A DNA stretch of 64,000 nt from Octopus sinensis (taxonomy: Eukaryota), in contig NC_043010.1 of the NCBI RefSeq assembly GCF_006345805.1, positions 62,434,001-62,498,000 of the forward strand. Direction: 5' to 3'. The position numbers were made by a program, and so were the translations under genes. Within the stretch, counting starts at the first letter, position 1. Every line of letters begins with the position of its first letter. Below the pieces are notes generated by a model. The model saw only the letters and a list, made by a program, of their open reading frames with translations, did not search any database and was not told where the DNA came from. Below are positions 23,250 through 37,000 of the stretch, piece by piece.

Positions 23250-23700
23250 ATAAGTTCCTTCCCACCAGGAAGATACTTTCAAAATGTCTATTCATGGAAT
23301 CAGCACAAATTTGGATTGTTGTGTCTGCTGTAGAATTACTAAGGAAGGTTATGAGAGGAACAAAGGGTCATGTCCCCTGCATTAAGAGTGGGTGTTGTTG
23401 GATGTAACAGCAAGGTCTTTGATGCATAGAAGGAAGAGAGTTAGGGGACAAAACTGGGCCCAGGGTTTATGCCAGAGTTGATAGAAAGTGGGACGGAAAG
23501 ACCTGCTCCATCAACACATCTGATAGGAAGCTAAAGTTCTAAGAGAGGAAAGACAAGTGAGGTCCATAGGCAGGCAATTGCAATTGGACATTTGCAAGTT
23601 GACAAGAATCAATAATGTATAAATTGCTTGCTAACACAACCAAAAGCTTTGCTGATGTTAAGCACAACAACATGGGTTTTTGCTATATTTCTCTAAGGTG
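23250..23700 (-). mobile_element. Heavily decayed non-LTR reverse transcriptase fragment (jockey/CR1-like)
   Basis: Minus-strand remnants VVVLNISKAF and SINSG..., followed by frameshifted VLSPTLFLLCIKDLAVTSNNTHS, matching the RT DxxKAFD, PQG and YADD regions. Confidence 0.55.
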
Positions 23701-24777
23701 AGAGCCTACAGCTGGATGCCATAGAAAATGCCAGCAGTGGATGTGACTTTATGGAAACAGTACTTTGGAGTAAAGATTGTTTGCTAACATAACATGGCAG
23801 TCCTGGTTTAGGACGAATGTTGCTGTAATTTAGCCCCAGGAGACATCGTCTCCAGCTGGCTATATGACACGATCTGTGTCCTTATATTTTCAAACAAGGG
23901 AATAAGGTCACAGATCGTGTCATATAGCCAGCTGTAGACGATGTCTCCTGCGGCTAAATTACAGCAACATTCGTCCTAAACCAGGACTGCCATGTTATGT
24001 TGGCAAACAATCTTTACTCCAAAGTACTGTTGCTGAATATCTCACGTTGTGAGATTTAAAAATAGTAATTTTCTAAGTACTGATGATAATTGAGAGAGAG
24101 AGAGAGAGACAGGTAGACAGAGGGATTCAAGGTGTAGAAGGATGGTCATCGTTAATGGGTGTCCCCATTACCTCTATTAGAAGTGAGTGGGATAGGATGA
24201 CAGTTGGCAGAGAAGAGATGGTTACTATTCTTGGGGGATGGTTTTAAAGATTAGGGTAGATCCTTGTTCAGAGGGAATGATTGAAAACTTTGGTGAATAC
24301 AGGGGCAGGCAGGTGTGTGTGTGTGTGTGTGCAAGGAAGGATTTGGAGGAGGCTTGCCTGTGGGGTTGGATGCAGTGTAGACAGCAAAAGAGAGTAGCCG
24401 CTTCTACAGGTGTGTGTATATGTGTGGAGGGTATACTGGTCACATTGCCATTATTGTTGAGAAGTAGAGGTAAAAAGCATTCTGCAAAGAAGACAAAGAT
24501 TCTTTCGATGAAAGACAAAAAGAATTGGTTTCAGTTTAGTAGGCAGGATAGACTGAAGGCTATGGGATTCATGAAAGCATCTCCTATGGTACAGAAAGGT
24601 CAGTTTAACCCAGTAGCATTTAATCTGGCCATATCTGACCTAAATATTTAACGTGTTTTATGTTCAAACTGACCAGATCCAGCCTCTCACACCTACCCTA
24701 CAATGTCATTCAAGAAATATAGAAAGAAACCACTGAAATCTTGAAGCTACAAGATAAAGTGTGATTAATTCAAAAGA

Positions 24778-25380
24778 TCATCATCGTCATTTAACGTCTG
24801 CTTTCCATGCTGGCATGGGTTGGACGGTTTGACTGAGGACTGGTGAGCCAGAAGGTTGCACCAGGCTCCAATTTGGATGCCCTTCCTAACGCCAATCACT
24901 CTGAGAGTGTAGTGGGTGCTTTTATGTACCACAGGCACGAGGGCCAGTCAGGCGGTTCTGGCAACGACCGCACTCAAAGGGTGCTTTTTTATGTACTACC
25001 TGCACAGGAGCCAGTCCGGCAGCACTAGCAACAACCATACTTGAATGTTTTTCACATGCCACTGGCACATGTGTTGGTATGGCAACACTGGCAACGATTG
25101 CACTCAAATGGTGCTTTTTACATGCCACTGGCACAGGAGTCAATCCATGGCCCTGGCAACAATCACGCTTGGATATGCTTTTAACATTTCACTGGCACTC
25201 ATGCCAATCAGGTGCTTTGTTTACACTTGCCTTAATAGGTCTTCGCAAGCAAAGTTCATTGTCCAATGAATGAGGGGCACTCAAAAGGGGACCAGATACA
25301 CCCTACAGTCGGATGTGCTTTTAGCATTCCACTGGCATGAGTTCCAATCAGGCGATACTGTCATCGGCCGCATCAGCAGT
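24778..25380 (-). mobile_element. RTE LINE 3' UTR fragment inserted in a MITE M2
   Basis: Same family as 1130-1433. The M2 host starts ttaacccagtagc near 24605 and resumes at aaataaataag...aaagggttaa near 25381-25435. Confidence 0.8.
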
Positions 25381-26003
25381 AAATAAATAAGTTAAATAAC
25401 ATTTGACAAAGAAATCTGTCCGTTAAAAGGGTTAAAGATAAAACAATACAATTTCGATAAACTTTACAGCAAATATACATAAGAAAACATTCCAAATCAT
25501 AGATATTTGATTTGTTTCATTTGGCTTTACATAGTTTTCATTGTCAGAATGGGTTGGACAAGTATATAAGTGAGACATCTTTCACAGCCAGATACATCTT
25601 CACTATCATTTCTCTCTCTCACTACACATTTTTGCTCTCCTTACCTCACCCTCTAAATCATTCTCTTTTGATTTCCATCTGGGGTATCCACGAATCTACT
25701 CTACAGCAAGACACCAATATGTGTCCCTTCTAAGCCTTAAATCTCTCAACTGGCGCAAAGCCACACCCCCTCAATACTACTCTCCCCTCTCACCCTTCCC
25801 AGTTGAAGGGGTTTTGTCATGCAAGGTACTCGGTGACCCTGCCGGTGCTGGTGCTAGTGCCACATAAAAAGCAGTACCCTCTGTAAAGTGGTTGGCATTA
25901 GGAAAGGGCATCCAGCTATAGAAACAAAACTACAACAGACAATGGAACCTGGTGTAGCTCCTGTCAAACCATCCAACTGATACCAGCATGGGAAATAGAT
26001 GTT

Positions 26004-26041
<38 letters not shown>

Positions 26042-27329
26042 GTTTAGCATCCGTTTTCCATGCTAGTATGGTGATAATGATAATTATGATGATAATGATG
26101 TCCCTGTTTTTTTCAAGTAAGGGATCTCTTATACCTCAAATCTTCAAAGGCACAACACAAACAGAGATTTTGTCGAAAGGGGAAATGAAGACCCTCACTG
26201 CTTTAAGATTAGCTTTTTTGTTTTTTTTGTGAGAGGTGCAGGTGTAAACAAACACAGGACACACCTGTCTCTGGAGTTTCCATCTACCAAACCCACTCAC
26301 AAAGCCTTTGATGGATTGGAAGCTGTACTAGAAGACATTTGGCCAAAGTGCAGCACAGTGGGACTGAACCCAAAACCATACCGTTACGATGCAAACTACT
26401 CAGCCACACAGCCACACCCATGCCTTTCTATACATACAGACATTTGTATATACACACACATACACAGTGATTAGGCATACACACACACACACACACACAC
26501 ACACTCCATGATTCATAAACTGCAGACTGATTGCAATGTCTACAAAACACAAGGACAAGCAATTTAAGGGTATTTCCCCTGCTACCGTAGGTATAATACT
26601 GTGGCAGCCTCTGGTTAGAGGATAATGTCCTCTCTAGCTTCCACCAGTCTCGGAAACCCTAAAAAGGGTCGTGAGTGTTGCTCTTCCATTTCTGATTAAG
26701 CAATTGAAAAAAACAAAAAACAATAACAGCTAAAACTATCAAGCTCCCTACTGAATGTGGGCCTTCATCACTGCCCTACAAAGGCCTAAAATTCCCTTTC
26801 AGTCTGTTTTATATAGTTTCAGCTCTGATACACTGCTGACCCATTTTCAAACATAATGTTATGGAAATAGATAATGCTGTAAGCGAGCCAGTCTGCTCCG
26901 GGCCCAAGGACTGAAATTTTGGAGGGAAAGGGCTAATCAATTACACTGACTGCTCAACTGGTACAAAAGGATAAAATGCTAAGTCAACCTCGGTGGAATC
27001 TGAACTTGGAATGGAAAAACGGATGAAATATCATTAAGCATTTCATGTAGTATTCTAACGATTCTGCTAGCTCCCACCTGAGATGAAGTTATAAACACCA
27101 GTATGGAGAACACTGGGTCACAAAACCCCTTGAATAAATAAAAAAAATCAAAAGCTGCCTTTTTAGCACAATCTTCTCCATGCTATTATCTAGTTTTATT
27201 GTCTTAGAATTTCAGTTAAAAAATACAGAAAGGCTCCTATTTCATATTTCCTAAGTTTCTCTCTTCTACTCTTTTACTTGTTTCAGTCATTTGACTGTGG
27301 CCATGCTGGAGCACCGCCTTTAGTTGAGT

Positions 27330-27725
27330 AGGAGTGGCTGTGTAGTAAGTAGCTTGCTTACCAACCAGATGCTCCTGGGTTCAGTCCCACTGCATGACAC
27401 CTTGGGCAAGTGCCTTCTATTGCATTGAGTCGACCAAAGCCTTGTGAGTGGATTTGGTGGACAAAAACTGGAAGAAGCTCGTCGTATTTGTATATATATG
27501 TATGTGTGTATATGTTTGTGTGTCTGAGTTTGGCCTCCCACCATCGCTTCACAACCGATGGTGGTGTGTTTACATCCCCGTAACTTAGCAGTTCGGCAAA
27601 AGAGACTGATAGAATAAGTACTAGGCTTACAAAGAATAAGCTCTGGGGTCAATTTTCTCGACTAAAGGTGGTGCTCCAGCATGGCCGTAGTCAAAAGACT
27701 GAAACAAGTAAAAGAGTAAAAGAAT
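27330..27725 (+). mobile_element. SINE family A preceded by an inverted copy of its own 3' tail (27268-27328)
   Basis: Body matches 7456-7860. The 61 nt upstream are the reverse complement of 27657-27717 with about 5 mismatches. Confidence 0.88.
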
Positions 27726-29714
27726 ATATATGTAGCCTGTATTGTCAGTCCAGCAAACTGGATTGACCAGAGTTATGTGCCTTGTTCAGAGGCACAGTAC
27801 AATGGCTGCGGTACTAATGTTTGAATTTATAATTGAGAGATCAATAGTCAATCAGTTTAAACTTACAACCATTGTGCATCTACAATCTGTGTGCCACTGA
27901 ACAATTGAGGGTTGGGTATGAATTACAAGTAAAACACAGCCTCTTCAGAACAGAGGCCAACCCCACCAACCAATTTCACTTCACTCAGCTGAACCCAGAG
28001 TCACCAAAGATTTCGAATCAGGAACCTGTGATATACATTCAACTATTTAACCCCTTATTAACAGGAGAGGAAATAACAACACCCCCAACACACCATCAAG
28101 AAATAACAGAACAAGGGGCAATGAAATAGAAGTAAATATACATTAATTCATTCAAGAACAATGAAGGCTCGTGGCCCAGTGGTAAGAGTGTTAAGCTCAA
28201 AGCCATATGATCGCAGGTTCAATTTCTGGACTGCTTTTAAATGACTACCAACCACCCATCTAGAAATGATACAAGGGGCGATGAAATAGTAAATATACAT
28301 TTATTCATTCAAGAACAATGAAGGCTCGTGGCAGGAGTGGTTCGAGTGTTAAGCTCAAAACGATAAGGTCGCGAGTTCGATTTCTGAACTGCTCAGTCTA
28401 CTCGGCTGTAAACGAATACCTGTCAAGTGTTAGTTCAGATGTACCTCCATCCAACTGCAACATCCTGGATGCCCCCTGTCGATTAAGGGAGTGGGGGTGA
28501 GTGAGTCTAAATAGGTCCCCAAACAATTATACTTGTCACCAGGTCAAGCTTGCTTGAAAATGACAGCCATGACAGGAAAGAAGCAGAAACGATGGTTGTT
28601 AAACCTAAGGTTAAGCAGACCTATAATCCAGCCATGACTGCTCCGTCTTTCAGTTCAGACATAGTGTATCTAGGGCTACATTATTCTATGTATGTCGCAT
28701 CATTTTTCTTTCGTTGGTAGGGTGTGACCTGAAGAGATTTTGGCTGTTGTTTCTAACAGGTATACAGAGTTAATAAATACATTTTGTACTGTTTAATGGA
28801 GTTCAAATCGTACCGTAATTCAGTATTTTTTTTCCAGCCACTGTGAGCGGGGGCGCTTTAGTCCACTTTATACGCCTTTGCCACATATCTGTGGCGTTGT
28901 GTCGATGAGGGGGGAAAAAAATCAATACACTGATTCTATCAAAAGAATTATAGTTCCCGGGTGACGCTGCCAAGTTACAGTGACACAAGAGTAAATAGAA
29001 ACAGCCAACGAAACATATTCAGGAAATAAACGAGAAACTTTCATAGATTAACGAACTACACACAACCACAAGCAATCATTCACACCAACAAACACAACAC
29101 CGTCATTCGGTCAGCTAGAAACACCAGCCAAACCACTCGCCGACGTCTTAAAGAAGGGTTATTTTAGATAGCGTAGACCGACCTTACCTCCTCCTAGAAT
29201 GACTGGGTGATGTTATTGCGGCCGTCCCGGTCTTTCATTATGGGATTTTTTGCACAATCATCAACAGAAACACGCGTAACAATTTACACAGGTTCTTCGA
29301 GCAAACTAGAGCGGAGCACTTCATGTTTGCGCGCGCGTGTGTGTGTGTATAAAGTGAGATAAACACGAGTAAGCATAATGTATATATATATACTCGTAGG
29401 CACCTGCCCTGGATGAAGAAGGAAATGCAATTTAAGCTCACATTTATCTCAGCATTACTCCTATCTATAACCACGCTGGCTTTGGCGTCCACCACACTAT
29501 ATATACATACATAATATATTATACATACATATTATATTATATTATATTATATTATATATATATATATATATATACTCAAAATAAGCAATAAGGACATCTA
29601 AAGTTAGTGTAGTACAATCGTTTCATGCTACTTCATTTAATTAAACAATGATTGATTGATATGCATAATACCATACCAAATTCTGGTGCCTTTAACTTAA
29701 GTACCATATTCAAC

Positions 29715-29756
<42 letters not shown>

Positions 29757-29971
29757 AAATTATTTAAGGGTAGAAATTGATATTTATCAATTAACACCAG
29801 TGGTCTAGCATATTAAAAAAGAATCCGAAGATTAAAATATTTATATACACCAATTAAGGACTGAACACGAAAAGTGGACAGTCAACATGCTAGATATAGA
29901 CGTCAAATGGCGATTTGACGTCTATATCTAGCATGTTGACTGTCCACTTTTCGTGTTCAATCCTTAATTGG

Positions 29972-30012
<41 letters not shown>

Positions 30013-33000
30013 CTTACACACGTGTAAAAACATTCACACACACACATCAATATATGTCCTTAATAGGATTTTAAAACATTTATTAATGAAGGCGACCCAA
30101 GAAGAGAGGCAGGTGAAAGAGAAATGTCCTGAGATGTGGTATAAATAAATAAATAAATCAATTGTAACCGATTTTTTTTTGAATTTGAAACTGAAGAAGC
30201 AGAGAGTCTGCCGCAAACGAGATAGGAGGTCGATTGTCGTAAAACAGCCGTAGCAACTTGTAAATGTGTTTGTTTGAGATTGTTGAGAAGGTAAAGGACG
30301 ACGACGGTCGATAGATAACAATAGCACACACATACACACACACACAGGCATAGTACGGGCATTGCTAATTAGTCTTTTAATCATTGTACCAATAAAAAAG
30401 CATAAATCTGTGTCCCCCCCCCCACCTTTTTACAATTATTCCATTTACATGTAATGTGTTTTTATAGGAATTGCAGATCGACCTCATTGCCACTTCTAAT
30501 TTTGATCGACCGCCGCGGAAGGATGGAGCAAGGCAAAGCTATCTTCAGCGGGATTTCGACTCAGAAAAAGGCGAAGCATCGCAGAAAAGCTCCAGTATGG
30601 CAGCGATCTGCTGTGTAGAGTATAATAATAAATAAGGAAAGAATCGAAATTGTATGAACCGTTCATGCCTTTTTTTTTTTTTTTTTTCAAGGGCATCAGT
30701 GACGTAAGAGATTATCTGGACTCGGGACTACTGTCGTAACAAACAAATAATGATTAGTATTAAATATTATAATAAAGATGACGATTAGGTTCGAATGAAT
30801 GAAGAATTTCGTTTTATTGGTCCAAGTGGAGCAATTTCCGACATGGAAGGCGAAACTAAAACTACGGGGGAGTCGGTTAATGGTTTGGGAAAGAAAGCGG
30901 GAGAGATGTGGGATGTTGGCTTCAATTAAAGAGATTTATTTTGGCGGCGAAGCGAGAGCCGTGTGAGTGATAAAGTGGCTTAGCCATTGTAAGAATATTG
31001 GATCAATGATGGATAAAGACAAAGTAGGAAGGGATAGAGGAGGGAAATTGTGTTGCTGAGATTTCAAATATTTCCCTTTCATTTTATATCTTCTCTTTTA
31101 TCTTAATTCTTTAATGCGAAATGTTTCAAGGAAAAAATTTTAAATGGGGTCAAGAATATGAATAAACTATTTAGTGGTTATTTTTCACAGATTTTTTTCT
31201 TCTTCCTCCCAGCCGGTCCAGCTTTTGTAAACAACGACCAGGTTTGTCTGGCGCCTATGGCAATAATTGGCGCCATTAAGCTGCATTATATTATTATATA
31301 CATTAATAATTTCTGGCTTTAAACGGACAAGAAACTTGGCCAGAATTACAGGGGAAAGGCAACGGACCGGGAATTATACTTTCGCTCGACAGCCCATGGA
31401 CAAATCGGTTTAAACACGGGTTCGAAACTGTGTCACAATTATAGTCTAACGAGAAACTGACACAGTAACAAGGTCTCAAATGTTCCGTTGTTTTTACACA
31501 CACATTTTATATATATATATACACACACCATAGAGATATGAATGTATGTATATGCACATAGAAAGTATACAAATAACGCTAAAGTGAAAAACAATAAACA
31601 TTTCTTTTAGCAAAAATATTTTTCTAGATGTAGCTTAGCCCCAGGTCAGCCTTGATAGAGTATGTCAACGACGCCCGAGCTATGATCATTCAGCCTTTTT
31701 TTCCCCCAGGTGTAATGTATCTAACACTACATTAGACAATACTAACCCTAAATAGATGTCTCCTATTTTTAGTAGAGTGTGATTTGAAAAAGATTCAGCT
31801 GCTATTTCTAACAGGCCGAGCAACCATGCAGAGTCTCCCTTAATAATGAATGAAAAACCAGACTAACTTCCTTTATTATTATTGTCTATTTTAGCGACGA
31901 AGTTTAAATAGGTAAAGAATAAAATCGACACCGATCAAGGCTTGAAACCAGAATCCCGGCACCCAGAACTAGCAACTACATCCTGTCTAGTAGCAGTACT
32001 ATTCCATGGCCCCTAATATTCAAACCTTTCAGCTTTGTCATCCATCTCTAAAGTAAGCATGTCAAAGGTGTATAGTCGACACTGAAGAACATCCGACATG
32101 ATATTATTTCTTGAGGTGTTGTAATGCCGGCAGGCAGACAACGTCTGGGAGAGGGAAATCTGGAGAAAATTCAAAACATAAGTCGACATTTGTTTATCAG
32201 ATTTCACCACAAAGGCCGACTTCTTCAATAGAAACAGATGGCTCACATCAGTCATTTCAAAGAACTTGGCACATATTTCTCATTGTAAATAGGAATATAA
32301 AGTCCAGCAGTCCTATAAAAGGATTAGCTTATATTTTAACTCTATCTATCTAAATGGAGGGATAGATAGATAGATAGATATATAGATGTAAATATAGATA
32401 GATGGATAGATATTGAAAGCCAAGTCTCGAGTCAGTCGGTACTCGGAGTCTCTCATTACCGATCTTCAGGCAAGAATTCCACTCTGCTTGATAATATTGA
32501 GTACTTGCTCAATGTGATATTATTAACCATTAAGTATGTATATATGCATATAATATATATATACACATACAGAAATATGTAGGTAGATATATAAACGTAT
32601 AGGTATATATGTATATACATGTGTGTATACACACATGTATGTATATGTATAAGTAAATATATAAACGTAAATATATATATATATGTATAAATGTGTGTGG
32701 GAAATGTATGTATATATATATATATACACACCTCGAGGGTTCGTTGAGTGCTGTCTGAAAATAGATATGTCTCTGAGACAGGCCCAGTTTTGTATAGGGC
32801 GGTCTGCGCCGTTTGGCACTGAATAGATGCATTACAAAAGGGTGTATTTAAACAATTTAATCTTCCATTTCAGGCCTAGATTAAACAGGCTTTGTTAGGA
32901 GTCGTGCATAAAGCTACATGTACAGGTGTGTGAATGAGCGGCACCGCTAATATAGAAATATATATTTCCATGCAGAGAGAAGAACTATCTTCATGGACAT

Positions 33001-33089
33001 ATATATATATAGACAGAGAGAGAGACAGATTGATAGATAGATAAATAGATAGATAGACAGAGAGAGACAGATTGATAGATAGATAGCTG

Positions 33090-33123
<34 letters not shown>

Positions 33124-33423
33124 CAGATTGGTAGATAGATAGATAGATATAACTATCTACATGTAGGCTATTGTATTGATGTATAAGTTTCTGTAGTAAG
33201 TTTATGTAGGAGACAAACAGACATATTTTTCTATTTGACTTGAAGCAGTGTTTGGTGGTGATGAATTCAAACTTGGATCTTGTCCGTTAGAGCAATGTAA
33301 ACAGACTCCCTCCTCCAAGTAGTGACAGACACACACACCAACGACTGAGACAAACCTACTACAAAAGACATACTTTCACCTACGATGACCAAGAGCCGGT
33401 CCTATTATACATACATACACATA

Positions 33424-33492
<69 letters not shown>

Positions 33493-34293
33493 ATTTTAAA
33501 TGGTTTAGTTTGTTGAGCAAAGAAACGGTTCTTAATCAAAGCTAAAAGTTTTGGAGAATAAGGCATAAATAAAATTATACACACACCGTGTGTGCGTGTG
33601 TATGTGTAAATATCAAATGTGAAATGTCTCTATGTATCTCTCTTCCCTCCATCGTCTTGACCCTCAATTAAAACGATCAGATAATACACACGTACAAATA
33701 TATACATATATACACATATATGTCTATTATACACACGTCTATCATATAATACACACGTACAAATATATACATATATACGTCTATTATACACACGTCTATC
33801 ATATAATACACACGTACAAATATATACATATATACACATATATGTCTATTATATGTCTATTATACATACATAGATACAGGCATATTAGATAAAAACTTGA
33901 TAAGGCCATTCTAATGTATATCATATACACACATATATACACATTAAGTTAAGAGTCATTTAGTAGAGATCTATCGATACTGAAAGGCGACCTGGTTCGA
34001 GCAATAAGTCATCAATATAATTTGTTTACTGATCGATGGGGAAATAAATAAAAATCAACATAATTTCGGTGTTTGAGATGCTAAGTTTTTGGAATAGGTA
34101 ATCTTCCAAGCCGTTTTGCCAAACCGGCCGCCAAACAGAACTAAACAAACACTGGCGAGTGTGAAAAATGTTTATATTAGCTTCTTGCCACAGAGATTGA
34201 ACCCCCGTTCGTTGTTTCTCCTGCACACCACAAAAATCAAACAATAAACACACCACCCACACAGACACACACATATATATACCATATATACAC

Positions 34294-34337
<44 letters not shown>

Positions 34338-34743
34338 TACACATTATATATATATATATATAAATATATGCTTATAAACATATATATATATGCTTGTGTA
34401 TATATATATACATATACAAATTATAAATATAAAAAAAAACACATATATGCATATATTCATTATATACATACATATATACGTATATATACACACATATATT
34501 TATATACATACACATCATATATAATATACATTATAGATGTATATATAATTAAAATAGTTATAATAAAATTACCGCGTATATATATACATATATAATATAT
34601 ATATATATAAATACATACATATATATATATAATATATATATATATAATACATACATATATATATATATAATATATATATATATAAATACATACATATATA
34701 TATATATACACGGATCGTATCTATAGCCTTATAACTATATCCT

Positions 34744-34795
<52 letters not shown>

Positions 34796-36690
34796 TATAA
34801 ATACACGGATCATATCTATATCTATATTCTTTTATATGTATGTATATATATATATATAATATATATATATATATATACTAAATATATACATATACACACG
34901 TACACGTTGTCTGAAATTAAAGCATCAGAATATTATCCATTTGCAGAGGTGGATAAAAAAAAAAAAAGAAGGAAATCGCAAGAAATGGACGGATTAGGCG
35001 GCACGAAGGAGGATATTTTGTGAAAAGAAGAAATCCCTTCAGATCTTACCTTGAGAAAATCCATAATTCCCCGAGACAAGAGAGAATGGGGGAAGAAAAA
35101 GGCCGCCGAATGTCTGTCGCCGTTGTTTCTTTTCCTCCTGTCTTCACCCTCTTCTCTTCTTTCACACTTCGATTTACTTTACACACCCACAAAGAAAAGC
35201 CTTACCGGGTGACATTATTTCAAACAACCACCTTGGGTTTTCCTCTTCTCTGCCGAAAACCAGGTTCGATCCTCGCTTCCTTTCGAATTCATTTATTTAT
35301 TCTTTCTTTCTTTCTCTCTCTCTTCTCTCTTTTATTTATTTATTTTATTATTACTTCTTCCTCCACCATCATCATCATCAACATCAATATTATGATCGCC
35401 GTTGGTGGGGTTGTTATTGTTTGTCACCCTTTTTTCTGGTCTTTCTCCTCTCCTTTTCTTCTATTTTTTCCACATATTTTGTCAATACGACAACAGTATT
35501 ACTTAAGACGTGTATATGTATATATATATATATTTATATACACACACTCATATATACATACATGCACGTATATCTATGCGTGTGTGTGTGTGTATGTATG
35601 TGATTCGATGCGTGATGTAAAAATAAAGGCGTAAAACTTATCTCATCTTTATCTCAGACTCTTTTCTTTCTATAATGTTAAACCGTTAACCTTTTTTTCT
35701 TAAATAAATATTCGACCAAAAAAATTTTTTTTTCAAAAATAAAATCTTTAGTCAGGGAGATTTTTTGGATTCCCCTAGGTTGTTACCTCCCCTGCAAGAA
35801 GAACTCTTTGTTCTTCGCTCTTCAGTCATTTCCGGTGTTTCCAGGAGAAATTCTCACAAAATAAATGAATGACAGGTTGTTGGTGTCTGCACCGGAGACG
35901 AACCAGTCTAGTATCCTCGCTGCTGATATTTTGCGATTACATTCATAATTAATGTATCTACAACACAGCTTTTAATTACTCGAGTGTCAACAGACAAGAG
36001 AACAATTAACAACAAATAGAATGGATGCTTTGCCTTTTTTATTTTTCCCCCCGATGTTCACCCTTCCTCACATAGGACTTTGTGGTAAGGATCTGGAGAT
36101 ACGTAACCGGCAGATGGATACGTATGGAAGTGTAATATAAAAGCTTATCGAAAGAATATGTCGTTGCGAACCGACAGGTTTTTCTAAGGCAGATTATCTG
36201 CTATGCCATCGATCTCCCGTACTATTGAGCGTACATAGTGCAAACTGGCACCAGAGACCACACTGAACTGAAGCAATTTTTGCCCTAACAATTACGTCCA
36301 GAATTATAGAATATTTTATTAAAAATCTAATTCAGATTTGTGATGTTGGTGTTTCCCTTCAAATTGATGAGAATGCATTTATCAGATGTAGGGATGGTGG
36401 GATTTAAGGATTTAGGAAAAACTCAGTTGGGGTTGTTGCTTAGGTGTAGTAGGACAGCTGCATCGTTGTTAAATGTAGTGCATCTTTATGTTTTACCAAC
36501 AGCAGCAGTTGTTAAGCGATCTCTGGACTCCCCTACAACATGATCAATTGCCGTTCATCCACGGAATTTCCTCGAACCAGCTACGCATAATTCTACACAC
36601 CGCGTTCAATTGCTTTAGAAGTGTGCAAAAAGAAATAAACGAAACATTAGTTTCTATCGTACACAATTAGACTTAATTGTGTACGATAAA

Positions 36691-37000
36691 GGTGACAAGC
36701 TGGCAGAATCGTTAGCGCGCCGGGCGAAATGCTTAGCGGTATTTCGTCTGCCGTTACGTTCTGTGTTCAAATTCCGCCGAGGTCGACTTTACCTTTAAGT
36801 ACCAGTTGCGTACTGGGGGGGAGGATCTAGTCGACTGGCCCCCTCCCGCTAAAGTTTGGGGCCTTGTGCCTAGAGTAGAGAAGAACTGTTACCATGCCAG
36901 ACAAAATACTTAGCAGTATTTCCCCCGGTTTCTATGGCCTGAGTTCGAATTTCACCGAGGACAACTTCGCCCTTCATCCTTTGGGTGTCGATAAGCACCT
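36691..37000 (+). mobile_element. Two adjacent SINE family B copies
   Basis: gctggcagaatcgttagcgcgccgggcgaaatgcttagcggtatttcg matches the head of the 14877 copy; a second diverged copy starts near 36890. Confidence 0.8.

Noticed and set aside
24915-25340. Repeat-spacer pattern resembling a CRISPR array
   Set aside because: Eukaryotic context, no cas genes, degenerate repeats and mutually related spacers; it is the internal minisatellite of the RTE 3' UTR.
29800-29900. Hammerhead-like CCGAAGA...GAAA near the 72-bp hairpin
   Set aside because: The candidate stem I strand is about 10 nt from the core and stem II does not form convincingly.
35020-35634. 204-aa hydrophobic ORF suggesting a membrane protein
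   Set aside because: GTG start; the hydrophobicity comes from T-rich, (ATC)n and (TA)n low-complexity DNA.
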